Below, piece after piece: positions 1-11,959 of a DNA stretch of 64,000 nt (position 1 is the stretch's first letter; every line of letters begins with the position of its first letter). The stretch lies in contig CAZQIE010000003.1 in assembly GCA_964593675.1 (NCBI GenBank), forward strand, positions 1,322-65,321, given 5' to 3'. The notes below the pieces were generated by a model. The model saw only the letters and a list, made by a program, of their open reading frames with translations. It did not search any database and had not been told where the DNA came from. The DNA comes from an uncultured Opitutales bacterium (GTDB taxonomy: Bacteria; Verrucomicrobiota; Verrucomicrobiia; Opitutales; CAZQIE01). The translations under genes and the position numbers were made by a program.

Positions 1-1
1 G

Positions 2-124
2 CTGGAAATCAGCCTGGAGACGGGCTTCGAGTCCGTATCGAGCCTGCACCGCGCCTTTCGTGCGCGCATGGGGACGTCGCCCCGAGCCTGGCGTCGACAG
101 GGGCGCGAGGACCTGTCCGGCTAG
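2..124 (+). CDS. AraC/XylS-family transcriptional regulator, C-terminal fragment (5' end outside window)
   Basis: Frame +2 from the window edge reads LEISLETGFESVSSLHRAFRARMGTSPRAWRRQGREDLSG, then TAG at 122-124. This is the typical second helix-turn-helix of AraC-family proteins. Confidence 0.6.
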   Translation: MEISLETGFESVSSLHRAFRARMGTSPRAWRRQGREDLSG

Positions 125-308
125 GGCAGTACCACGTCGGTTGTCCATTTACGCCGACGCTGCGGCGAGCGTGGATGCCCCACCCTCGCGTGGCGAACGA
201 AAGCTGCGACCTCAACGGGTGCGACAACCTGGATGCAGTGTACGCAATTGCGCTGCTACGCGGCTGCGTAAGGCGGTGCGACGGGGCTAGTCGGCGCGGC
301 GCGCGAAT

Positions 309-920
309 CTAGTCGGCGTATTTTACGCTGCAGCCGTAGGCGGGGGTCTGCGAGGTGGAGACGGGCTTGCCGGCGAGGGCTTCATTGAGGGCCTTGTGCA
401 CGTAATTTTCGGCCTTGGCGACGTCTTCCTTGTCGGTGCTCTTGATGCTGTCGATAGCGCCCTGGTAGATCACGACGCCTTTGGGGTCGATGATGAACAT
501 GTGGGGGGTGGTCTTGGCGCCGAAGAGGCGACCGACTTTGCCTTCGGAGTCGAGGAGCACGGCGAAGGGAGCGGCTTTCTTGCGGTAGGTGATGCTGTTG
601 GCGGAGCGGGCGTCGAGGTGGCCTTGCTTGCCGGGTGCCGAGGAATTGATGGAGAGCCAGACGACGTCCTTGTCTTTGGCTTCTTTCTGGAGGGCCTGCA
701 TGTTGCCGCTCTCGTAGTGCTTCACGACGAAGGGGCATTCGTGGTTGAGCCACTCCAGGACAACGTATTTGCCGCGGAAGTCTGAGAGGTTGTAATTGCG
801 GCCGTCGGCGCCTTTGAGGGTGAAATCGGGTGCGGGCTTGCCGGTTTCGACCTCAGCGGAGGTCGAAACGAGGGCGGCAAAGAAAACGAGGAAGGGGGCA
901 AGGAGACGGGTGATCTTCAT
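309..920 (-). CDS. secreted thioredoxin-fold redoxin (AhpC/TSA-redoxin family)
   Basis: Within ORF 309..1040. ATG at 918-920 gives MKITRLLAPFLVFFAALVSTSA, which looks like a signal peptide. The body carries PAPDFTL..G..YNLSDFRGKYVVLEWLNHECPFV, a redoxin/thioredoxin-fold pattern. The upstream 40 codons look non-coding. Confidence 0.8.
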   Translation of the reverse strand: MKITRLLAPFLVFFAALVSTSAEVETGKPAPDFTLKGADGRNYNLSDFRGKYVVLEWLNHECPFVVKHYESGNMQALQKEAKDKDVVWLSINSSAPGKQGHLDARSANSITYRKKAAPFAVLLDSEGKVGRLFGAKTTPHMFIIDPKGVVIYQGAIDSIKSTDKEDVAKAENYVHKALNEALAGKPVSTSQTPAYGCSVKYAD

Positions 921-1299
921 AGGGCGTATGCGGGATTCTGAGTGTATTGTTTCCGCAATGTCCGGAAAGTCAACCGTTTGGGCCGTCTCCGCCGGTGGTG
1001 GAAGGCGCGTTGGCGGAATTTTTCTGGAGCGAGGGGGCAAGCTTGGCGGCGGAGGCGCAGGGCGAGGTTTTGGGGGAGGTAAGCCCGGCCGTTGGGTGAG
1101 CTGGGGGCGGGTTGTGGCAGGCGGGGGGCGGGGGCACGAAGGCGACAGAGGGGCTGATGGGGGGCGGCGTTTTTACAATTCCGTTGCATCGGAAGTCTTG
1201 GGTTGCCAAGGTTGTGGAGCGCGTGCGACCAGAGGCGTAGGACCCTGGCGCGGCGCACTCACCTCTAAAACCACCCCCTTTGTCGGCTTTAGTCCAGCG

Positions 1300-2712
1300 A
1301 TGCTAGATCACCGCTTTAAAGGCCTGCTTGAGCTGCACGGCGTGTCGGTGCTGATCTTACTTCAGACGCTGTTTGTGTCGATGGTGGTGCTTTCGGCGGA
1401 AGTCCTGGACCGGGTGTTGTACGAGATGGTGCATTTCCCGGTGTATATGGGCGGGATTTTGGTGTCGTCGCTGATCTCGTTCCATTTCTACACGTTGCTG
1501 AGGCCGGAGGGCGGGCTGGTGGCGCGGACGCGGGCGATTTACGTGGCGAACCTGCAGGCGCTGGTGTTGTCGCTGGTGCTGTTCGGGCTGGTGTTTGCGA
1601 CGAAGGACCAGTCGATCAGCCGTATCCTGCTGGGGTCGTACCTGGTGGTGGCGTGGGTGAGCCTGATGGTGCTGAACGCGTGGCTGCCGGCGCTGCTGGG
1701 GCGGGTGGTGTTCCGGGGGCGAAATGCGCGGCGGTGCGTGCTGGTGGGGGGAACGGCGGCGTGTGCGCGGCTGAAGGAATGGCTTTCGTGGCAAGCGGAG
1801 CTTGGGTTGCAGACGGTGGGGCTGGTGGCGGTGCCGGAGGAGCAGCGCGTGGAGACGCCTGTGCCGGTGATCGGGGAGGCCGCGAACTTGAGGCGGGTGC
1901 TTCAGGAAGTCGGCGCGAACCAGGTTGTGTTGCTGGAGACCCGGCAAAACCCCGAGTGGGTGCAGGAGGTTGTGCAGACGAGCATCACGGAGGGTTGCCG
2001 GTTGCTGGTTTACAACCCGTGGTCAGACTACTTTCAGCAGACGTTGAGGCCGGTGTCGGACGGTCCGCACGTATTTTTCACGTTGCAGGAGGAGCCGCTG
2101 GAGGACCCGTGGAACCGGGCCATGAAGCGGGCGCTGGACTTGTTTGTGGCGGTGCCGATGTGCGTGTTCGTGCTGCCGCCGCTGGCGGTGGTGACGTGGG
2201 TAAGCCACCGGCTGCAGTCGCCCGGGCCGTTATTTTTCAGGCAGGTGCGGCACGGGCTGAATCGTCAGAAGTTTACGCTGCTGAAGTTCCGGACGATGCA
2301 CCACGCAAAGCCGGGAACGGTGGATGAGGCCAAACAGGCGTCGCGGCGCGACCCGCGTATATTCCCGCTTGGCGAGGTGCTGCGGCGGACGAGCGTGGAT
2401 GAGTTTCCGCAGTTTTGGAATGTGCTGCGCGGGGAGATGAGCATCGTGGGGCCAAGGCCGCACCTGCCGCAGCACGACAAGCTGTTTGGGCGGCTGATCC
2501 AGGACTACCCGCAGCGGCATCTGGTGAAGCCCGGGATAACGGGGCTGGCGCAATCGCGCGGGTACAGGGGCGAGATCACGCAGGTGGATCTTCTGGAGAA
2601 GCGGATAAAGCTCGACTTGTACTACATCCAGCACTGGTCGCTGGTGATGGATGTGATCATCATCCTGCGGACGGCGGTGCAGGTGTTTTTCCCGCCAAAG
2701 ACGGCCTATTAG
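1300..2712 (+). CDS. polyprenyl-phosphate sugar-phosphate transferase (bacterial sugar transferase, WcaJ/WbaP-like priming enzyme)
   Basis: ORF 796..2712, but the first 168 codons are Gly/Arg-rich translation of a G-tract region. ATG at 1300 gives MLDHRFKGLL followed by hydrophobic helices. The C-terminal domain has KRALDLFVA, PLFFRQVRHGLNRQKFTLLKFRTM, DEFPQFWNVLRGEMSIVGPRP and KPGITGLAQ. Confidence 0.85.
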   Translation: MLDHRFKGLLELHGVSVLILLQTLFVSMVVLSAEVLDRVLYEMVHFPVYMGGILVSSLISFHFYTLLRPEGGLVARTRAIYVANLQALVLSLVLFGLVFATKDQSISRILLGSYLVVAWVSLMVLNAWLPALLGRVVFRGRNARRCVLVGGTAACARLKEWLSWQAELGLQTVGLVAVPEEQRVETPVPVIGEAANLRRVLQEVGANQVVLLETRQNPEWVQEVVQTSITEGCRLLVYNPWSDYFQQTLRPVSDGPHVFFTLQEEPLEDPWNRAMKRALDLFVAVPMCVFVLPPLAVVTWVSHRLQSPGPLFFRQVRHGLNRQKFTLLKFRTMHHAKPGTVDEAKQASRRDPRIFPLGEVLRRTSVDEFPQFWNVLRGEMSIVGPRPHLPQHDKLFGRLIQDYPQRHLVKPGITGLAQSRGYRGEITQVDLLEKRIKLDLYYIQHWSLVMDVIIILRTAVQVFFPPKTAY

Positions 2713-3665
2713 GCTGGCACGAGGGGCGCGGGTGCGGTGGGGAAGCCGCAGGCGTCGAGGAGCTCGCTGATGGAGATGGGCTCAGAGACGTTCTTCAGCG
2801 TGTGCTCACCGAACACAGAAGTGGCGAAGCCGACGGGCAGGCGGTTTGCGGCCTGCGAGGAAATGAGGATTTGGCCGTTTGAGGCGATCTTGCCGATTCG
2901 CGCGGCAATGTTCACAGCCATGCCGTAGGCTGTGTATGTCCAGCGGGCACCAGCAACGCCTTCAAAGCAGGTGGAGCCGAGCATGGCGCGACCGGCATCA
3001 ATGCCGATGTTCACGCGGATGGGAGGCTCGCCGGCAGGGAGACTTCGGTTTACGGCCGCGACTTTGTGGCGGATCGCGAGCGCCGTAAGCGCGGCGCGGG
3101 CGATGTGGCCGCCGGGGGTGTCGTCGGCTTCAAAGATGAGCATGAGGCCGTCGCCCTGGCTTTCGCAGATTTCACCGTGGTGGGCGAAAATGTCGTCAAT
3201 AAAGGACGAGAAATAGCGTTCGACGAGGTGGTTGATTTTCTCCGCGGAGGTGGCCTCGGTGAGGGAGGTGAAGCCGGCGACGTCGAGGAAAAGGACGGCG
3301 AGTTCGCGTTCCCGGCGCTCAAGGTCCGGGGCCTCGGGGTTCTCGTCGAGGCGGCGGCGTACGGACGAGGGCACAAACTTGCCGAGGAGGTCGCGGAGGT
3401 TTTCGAGGATCTTGATTTTCTCAAGGCTCGCGGCGAGGCGCTGGTTTGCGTCGGCGAGTTCGTCGATTTTTTGCGCCAACTGGAATTCACGGGCCTCGAC
3501 TTTGACGAGCATCATGCCGAAGGCTTCGGCAAGCGTGGCGACCGCGGGCGGATAGGAGCCTTCGTTGCTGAGCTCAAGCACGGCTTGCGCACGGTCGTAA
3601 TTGCCTTGCGCGATCTGCGTTGCAGCATCAACGAGCCGTTTCAGGAGCTCTGCGTCCGCGTCCAT
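2709..3665 (-). CDS. class III adenylate/guanylate cyclase with N-terminal coiled-coil region
   Basis: ATG at 3663-3665. Cyclase homology domain motifs are present: LAVLFLDVAGFTSLTE, GDGLMLIF, IRVNIGIDAG, YTAYGMAVNIAARI. The N-terminal ~110 aa are helical/coiled-coil-like with no recognisable sensor domain. Confidence 0.85.
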   Translation of the reverse strand: MDADAELLKRLVDAATQIAQGNYDRAQAVLELSNEGSYPPAVATLAEAFGMMLVKVEAREFQLAQKIDELADANQRLAASLEKIKILENLRDLLGKFVPSSVRRRLDENPEAPDLERRERELAVLFLDVAGFTSLTEATSAEKINHLVERYFSSFIDDIFAHHGEICESQGDGLMLIFEADDTPGGHIARAALTALAIRHKVAAVNRSLPAGEPPIRVNIGIDAGRAMLGSTCFEGVAGARWTYTAYGMAVNIAARIGKIASNGQILISSQAANRLPVGFATSVFGEHTLKNVSEPISISELLDACGFPTAPAPLVPA

Positions 3666-3865
3666 TCACCGCCGTTCATAGGGACGGAGGAAGGGCGGGT
3701 CAAGGCCGCGGAACGTTTGGAGGGAGATAGCCGTAACGGCCACCGGAGCCGAGGCGGCTCGCTGGCGTTAACCGGCGCCCTCCCCTACCCCGCAGGAGGC
3801 CAGCGGCCTAGCGGGGTTCAGGGAGGAGCACGGTATCACGCGCGACGCGAGAGGGCTCCCCTGCC

Positions 3866-7582
<3,717 letters not shown>

Positions 7583-7593
7583 GGTCTAAAACG

Positions 7594-7625
7594 AATATAT
7601 CAACGTATCTTGATATATTGATATG
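7594..7625. promoter_or_regulatory. AT-rich perfect inverted repeat plus a third half-site, 11 nt upstream of the metH start codon. Candidate operator or 5'-UTR hairpin.
   Basis: AATATATCAA (7594-7603), 6-nt spacer CGTATC, TTGATATATT (7610-7619) form a perfect 10-bp inverted repeat. An overlapping direct copy TTGATATG lies at 7618-7625. It stands out in otherwise GC-rich DNA. Confidence 0.35.
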
Positions 7626-7967
7626 AACGATTTCACCGGGAATTGCAAGCTTCGTGGCGGGGAAATGAGATCGGCGTGCGGAGGACGCCGTTTAACCGGG
7701 GCGCACAGCAGAGAATGCCTGAGCCGGACGCAAGACGGAGCGCCTGGGATTCGGGCCTTTCCGGCAAAGAGGCGCCGATCTTCCGGAATGGAGGGTTACG
7801 AGGGCCCTGAGGCGGACGTATCCAGATACCGGATACACGCCCGGAGAGCAGCCCCCCGCCTCGCGCGGAGGGAAAAGCGAGGCCGCTTTCTGCGACCACC
7901 TGAAGTAGAACCGCTCCAAGGGGAACTGCTGGGGTCCTCGCCAGGGCTGGAGTGCCCCATAAGAAAA

Positions 7968-8374
7968 GGGCTTCCGAAAGGGGGATATAAGCCGGATTCT
8001 GTTCCACCGACGCGAGCGCGCCGGCTGGCATTCATTCATCTAGCGGACCGAAGCCCACTCCCCGCGCAAGGCGGGGCGCGACATACCCGGGACCTAAGGG
8101 CGGGCCACCCAGTCCCCTATTTTGTCTTGCACCGGATTGGGTTTTTCGTGCCTCCGGGGTTGCCCCCGAGAGCGGTGGTCTCTTACACCACCTTTTCACC
8201 CTTACCGCGACCCTTTCGGGCTGCGGCGGTATGTTTTCTGTGACACTGTCCGTCGCCGGCAGATTGACCGCTGGCGCCCCCGCTTTCACAGGGAATCCTG
8301 CCCTGGGGTGTCCGGACTTTCCTCTCCCGCGGGATGAACCGCAGGAGCGAATGCGCTCCCCCTTTCGGAAGCTT
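7968..8374 (-). ncRNA. rnpB: RNase P RNA, bacterial type A
   Basis: The minus strand carries GAGAGGAAAGTCCGGACACC, GCGGTAAGGGTGAAAAGGTGGTGTAAGAGACCACCGC, ACAGAAAACATACCGCC and ACAGAATCCGGCTTATA. The 5' GCTTCCGAAAGGGGGA (8372-8357) pairs perfectly with the 3' TCCCCCTTTCGGAAGC (7985-7970) as helix P1. Ends are approximate to a few nt. Confidence 0.9.
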
Positions 8375-8429
8375 GGGGGAGGACGCTAGCCTAAAGTGGC
8401 GGCTGGCGCAAGGGCGCAAAAGGCTGCGG

Positions 8430-9791
8430 TCAGGAGCCGCTGGGGCCGGGATTCTGCCCACGGTAGGCGCGGGCAAGGAGCGACACGGGATGCTCAACGG
8501 GGATCGGGGACCCTGTGGCCGCGAGGCCCTGAGCAAGGTGCAGGTGGCAGCCGGGGTTTCCGACGGCAAGGCATGTGGCGCCGGTCGCCTTCAACCGCTC
8601 GAGCTTCTTATCCCGGAGGGCTGCGGCGAGGTCGGGATGGGTGATGCTGTAGATGCCCGCGCTGCCGCAGCAGGTGTCCGCGCCCGGCAGGTCGAGGAGT
8701 TGCAGGCCGGGGATTGAACGGAGGAGGTCTCGAGGCGGGTTGACCACGCCCTGGGCGTGCCGGAGGTGGCAACTGTCCTGATAGGCGACTTTCACAGTTG
8801 AGGAACTTCCCTGCCCTGCCGCTGGCGCGGGAAAGGGAGCGAGACCTGTGCGGGCGAGCCAGGCGTGAATGTCGAACAGCTTGGCGTCCCAGGCTTCGGC
8901 GCGTGCTTTGTAGGCGGGGTCGTCCGCGAGCAGGTGGCCGAACCGCCTCAGGTGGCTCCCACAGCCTCCGGCGTTGGAGATGACGGCGTCGAGGGCTGAG
9001 AGGTCAAATGCATCGAGGAGGCGGCGGGCAAGGGAGCGGGCGGCTTCGAGGTCGCCGTTATGGGCGTGAAGGGAGCCGCAGCATGGCTGGCAGCGGGGCG
9101 TGAGAACGGCACAGCCGTTGGCGAGAAGGACGTCCGCGGTATCGCGGTTGATCTGAGCCAGGAGGAGGTCTTGCACGCACCCGGTGAGCAGGCCGACGCG
9201 GAAGCGCGGGGTGCCGGGCGGGAGTTCCTCGGGGCCGATGAGGGCATCCGAAAAGACCGGGGCGATGCGGGGCAGCTGCGGCTCCAGCTTGCGCAGGGAC
9301 AGCGGCAGCAGGCGCATGAGGCCTAGGCGACGTGCAAGGGCCTCCGCGCCGGAACGTTGGTAGAAGCGCAGCACGTGGCCGACCACACGCAGGAGCCGGG
9401 GTCGCGTGAAAATGGCCCGAAGTGCGAGCCAGCGCCAGAAGCGTCGTTCGGGCGTAGCGATGACGCCCGAGCTCTCGGCACGCGCACGCATTTCCTCGAA
9501 AATCGTGGCGTAGTCCACGCCTGCGGGGCATGCGCTGGTGCAGGACAGACAGCCGAGGCAGTAGTAGAATTCGTTTGCGACAACCGGGGTGAGCGGCAAC
9601 CGGCCCTCATCCACGGCGGCTGCGAGGGCTATGCGACCGCGCGGGCCATGCCGTTCCAGTTTTGAAACCGCGTAGGTCGGGCAAACGGACAGGCACATGC
9701 CGCAGTGGAGGCATTGTTGCAGGAGGGCGGGCTTCAGCCCAAGCCGGGAAGGAGGACGCCCGACGGCGCCCTGATGTTCGCCCGCGTGCAT
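8430..9791 (-). CDS. (Fe-S)-binding oxidoreductase subunit, GlcF-like
   Basis: Two ferredoxin-type Cys clusters (CLHCGMCLSVCP, CLGCLSCTSACP) followed by two Cys-rich CCG-type regions (CCGSLHAH, CCGSAG). The start ATG overlaps the upstream stop by 1 nt (TGATG). Confidence 0.85.
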   Translation of the reverse strand: MHAGEHQGAVGRPPSRLGLKPALLQQCLHCGMCLSVCPTYAVSKLERHGPRGRIALAAAVDEGRLPLTPVVANEFYYCLGCLSCTSACPAGVDYATIFEEMRARAESSGVIATPERRFWRWLALRAIFTRPRLLRVVGHVLRFYQRSGAEALARRLGLMRLLPLSLRKLEPQLPRIAPVFSDALIGPEELPPGTPRFRVGLLTGCVQDLLLAQINRDTADVLLANGCAVLTPRCQPCCGSLHAHNGDLEAARSLARRLLDAFDLSALDAVISNAGGCGSHLRRFGHLLADDPAYKARAEAWDAKLFDIHAWLARTGLAPFPAPAAGQGSSSTVKVAYQDSCHLRHAQGVVNPPRDLLRSIPGLQLLDLPGADTCCGSAGIYSITHPDLAAALRDKKLERLKATGATCLAVGNPGCHLHLAQGLAATGSPIPVEHPVSLLARAYRGQNPGPSGS

Positions 9792-11182
9792 CAGTCGAAA
9801 ATTTTCCCGGGATTGAGAAGCCCCTCCGGATCCACGGCAACCTTGAGGCGACGCAGGAGTCTTAGGCTCGCGCCTCGAAACTGTTGCGGCAGGAAGCGCT
9901 TCTTGGCAAGGCCGACACCGTGCTCACCCGTTATTGTCCCGCCAACGCGCAAGGTCTCGGCAACAATCTCGTCAAGGGCGGCATCCACCCTGGCCATTTC
10001 GTCGGCGTTGTGTTCGTCGGTGAGGATGGTGGGGTGCAGGTTTCCGTCGCCCATGTGGCCGAAGGTGGCGATGAGCAGACGGTGGCGGGCGGCGACGTCC
10101 TGCACAAACCGCACCATGCGGGCAAGTTCGCTGCGGGGTACGGTAACGTCTTCCAGAATCGTCGTGGGACGTGCGCGGGCGAGGGCGGAGAACGCGGAAC
10201 GGCGGGCCGTGGCGAGCCGGGTGGCCTCGGCGGAGTCTGCTGCGAGCGTGACGGAAGTCGCGCCGTGGGTGCGGGCGATCCCGGACATGCGATCCGCCTC
10301 CTCCGCGACGGCTGCGGGATGGCCGTCCGTTTCGATGAGCAGGATGGCTTCGGCGGTGGTGGGGAGACCAAGCTTCGCGTGTGCCTCAATGCACGCCAGG
10401 GTGAGCTTGTCGACAAACTCAAGCGTGCAGGGCACGATGCGCGCCGCGATGATGGCGGAGACGGTGGCAGCGGCGGCCTCTATGGTGGCGTAGGCGGCAA
10501 GGAGGGTGCGGCGGGCCTGCGGACGTGGAAGGAGCTTGAGGAGCACTTTTGTGATGACGCCGAGCGTGCCCTCCGAGCCGATGAAGACGTCCTTCATGGA
10601 ATACCCGGCAACGTCCTTCACGCACTTCGAGCCGAGCCACACGGTCTCGCCGTCGGGCAGGACGACTTCCAGCCCCAGCACGTAGTCACGGGTGACGCCA
10701 TATTTGAGGCCGCGAAGGCCGCCTGAGTTTTCAGCAACATTGCCGCCGATCGTGGACACCTTCATTGAGCCGGGGTCCGGCGGGTAAAAGAGGCCCTGGG
10801 CGGCGGCGGCCTCATCGACATCGGCGGTTATGACGCCGGGCTCAACGAGGACCGTCAGGTTCTGCGAATCCAGTTCAAGGATACGGTTTAGCCGGAGAAG
10901 GCAGAGCACGAGGCCACCTTCGGAGACGCTTCCCCCGCTGAGGCCAGTCCCCGAGCCCCGGGGCGTCACGGGCACCTTATGGCGGGCGGCGATTTTCAGG
11001 GTCGCCGCAACTTCCTCAGCGTTGCCCGGCAGGGCGACGAGGGCGGGTTGAGCGCGGAGGGCTGCGGTGCCGTCGAATGCGTAGACGGTGAGGTCTTCAG
11101 GCGCAGTAAGGACGTTTTCGGGACCAAGGGCGGCGCGAAGCTCGTCCAGAAACGCGGCTGGAAGGGGGGCCGGTGTGTTCAT
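9791..11182 (-). CDS. FAD-linked oxidase, GlcD / D-lactate dehydrogenase-like
   Basis: FAD-binding PCMH-type region (VTPRGSGTGLSGG) and a C-terminal FAD-oxidase domain (GTITGEHGVGLAKK). The track start at 11185 is GTG; the adjacent in-frame ATG at 11180-11182 was chosen. Confidence 0.85.
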   Translation of the reverse strand: MNTPAPLPAAFLDELRAALGPENVLTAPEDLTVYAFDGTAALRAQPALVALPGNAEEVAATLKIAARHKVPVTPRGSGTGLSGGSVSEGGLVLCLLRLNRILELDSQNLTVLVEPGVITADVDEAAAAQGLFYPPDPGSMKVSTIGGNVAENSGGLRGLKYGVTRDYVLGLEVVLPDGETVWLGSKCVKDVAGYSMKDVFIGSEGTLGVITKVLLKLLPRPQARRTLLAAYATIEAAAATVSAIIAARIVPCTLEFVDKLTLACIEAHAKLGLPTTAEAILLIETDGHPAAVAEEADRMSGIARTHGATSVTLAADSAEATRLATARRSAFSALARARPTTILEDVTVPRSELARMVRFVQDVAARHRLLIATFGHMGDGNLHPTILTDEHNADEMARVDAALDEIVAETLRVGGTITGEHGVGLAKKRFLPQQFRGASLRLLRRLKVAVDPEGLLNPGKIFD

Positions 11183-11185
11183 CAC

Positions 11186-11926
11186 CTACGGGGCGAGGTA
11201 AATAAGGCGCCCGCAGGTATCGCAAAAGACGGGGGCGTTGGCATGGCGGACGGCGTCCATGCGCTCATTGGAGACACGCAGGTGGCAGCCACCGCACTTG
11301 TGGTCCTGGACGGGCGCGATGAAGGGGGCGTGTTTGCCTTGGGTGCGAAGGCGCTCATAGGCCTGCAGGTACCGGGGCTCCACCGCACCGGCGGCGGATT
11401 TCACGTCTTCGAGTTCCTGTACGAGGCGTTGTTTGAGCGCCTGCTCGTGCTGTTCAACGAGGACGATTTGCGCACTCAGGTCTTTGACCTCCTGCTTGTG
11501 TGCGGCATCGGCTTCTTTCAGCGCCTTCTGGTCCTGATCCAGTTCCATGAGGAGCTGAAGCTCCTCGTCCTCAAGGCGCGCGATCTCAGCTTCCGTCGTC
11601 TCAATCTCGTGATTGAGGGCCTGATATTCCTCCGTCTTTTTAACCTGAAGCTGCTGGGTCTTGTATTTTACGATGCGATCCTCCGCAGCGTGCAGGCGGG
11701 TATCGAGGTCCTTGCGTTTGACTTCTTTTTCCTGCAGGGCCTTGCGGCGCGAATCGAAAGCGTGGTTAGAGGCGTCGATCTTTGCCCGAAGCGCCTGAAT
11801 GTCCTTCGGGCACTGGCGCAAATGGAGTTCGGTCTGGCTCTTGCGCGTATCGGCTTCCTGGAGCCGCAAGAGGTTTGGGATGGGGTTATTGGGGCACGGG
11901 AGGACTATGCGCCCGAGGAGGCGCAA
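11186..11926 (-). CDS. COG1579/DUF164-type coiled-coil protein with C-terminal C4 zinc ribbon
   Basis: Long heptad-like coiled coil (LLRLQEADTRKSQTE ... EIARLEDEELQLLMELDQ) ending in CGGCHLRVS...FCDTCGRLIY. The start is a TTG at 11924-11926; an alternative TTG lies at 11867-11869. Confidence 0.7.
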   Translation of the reverse strand: MRLLGRIVLPCPNNPIPNLLRLQEADTRKSQTELHLRQCPKDIQALRAKIDASNHAFDSRRKALQEKEVKRKDLDTRLHAAEDRIVKYKTQQLQVKKTEEYQALNHEIETTEAEIARLEDEELQLLMELDQDQKALKEADAAHKQEVKDLSAQIVLVEQHEQALKQRLVQELEDVKSAAGAVEPRYLQAYERLRTQGKHAPFIAPVQDHKCGGCHLRVSNERMDAVRHANAPVFCDTCGRLIYLAP

Positions 11927-11959
11927 CTGGCAAGACGAAGGTGCCCGCGGAAACGGAAA

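Noticed and set aside
796-1299. N-terminal 168-codon extension of the sugar-transferase ORF
   Set aside because: Its translation is poly-Gly/Arg derived from the G-tract region, and it overlaps the redoxin gene on the other strand. The family-typical N-terminus begins at the ATG at 1300.
7626-7967. Known riboswitch, tmRNA, SRP RNA or 6S RNA assignment for the region upstream of metH
   Set aside because: I looked for cobalamin elements: GGTGAAATC and CCCGCCAC-like strings are present but in the wrong order, and there is no B12 box. I also looked for the SAM-I GAGGGA/GGCCC core, the SAH GAGGAGCGC...CAGGCTC...AACGGCGCTC core, the TPP CTGAGA core, the tmRNA tRNA-like 3' end (TCCACCA) and the SRP GGAAGCAGCC motif. 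None matched convincingly, so only an unassigned structured region is reported.
7623-8243. 206-aa plus-strand ORF and several minus-strand ORFs (7633..8031, 7692..8039, 8032..8289, 8183..8569)
   Set aside because: They overlap the RNase P RNA gene, whose conserved regions and P1 helix are explicit. None has protein-like composition.
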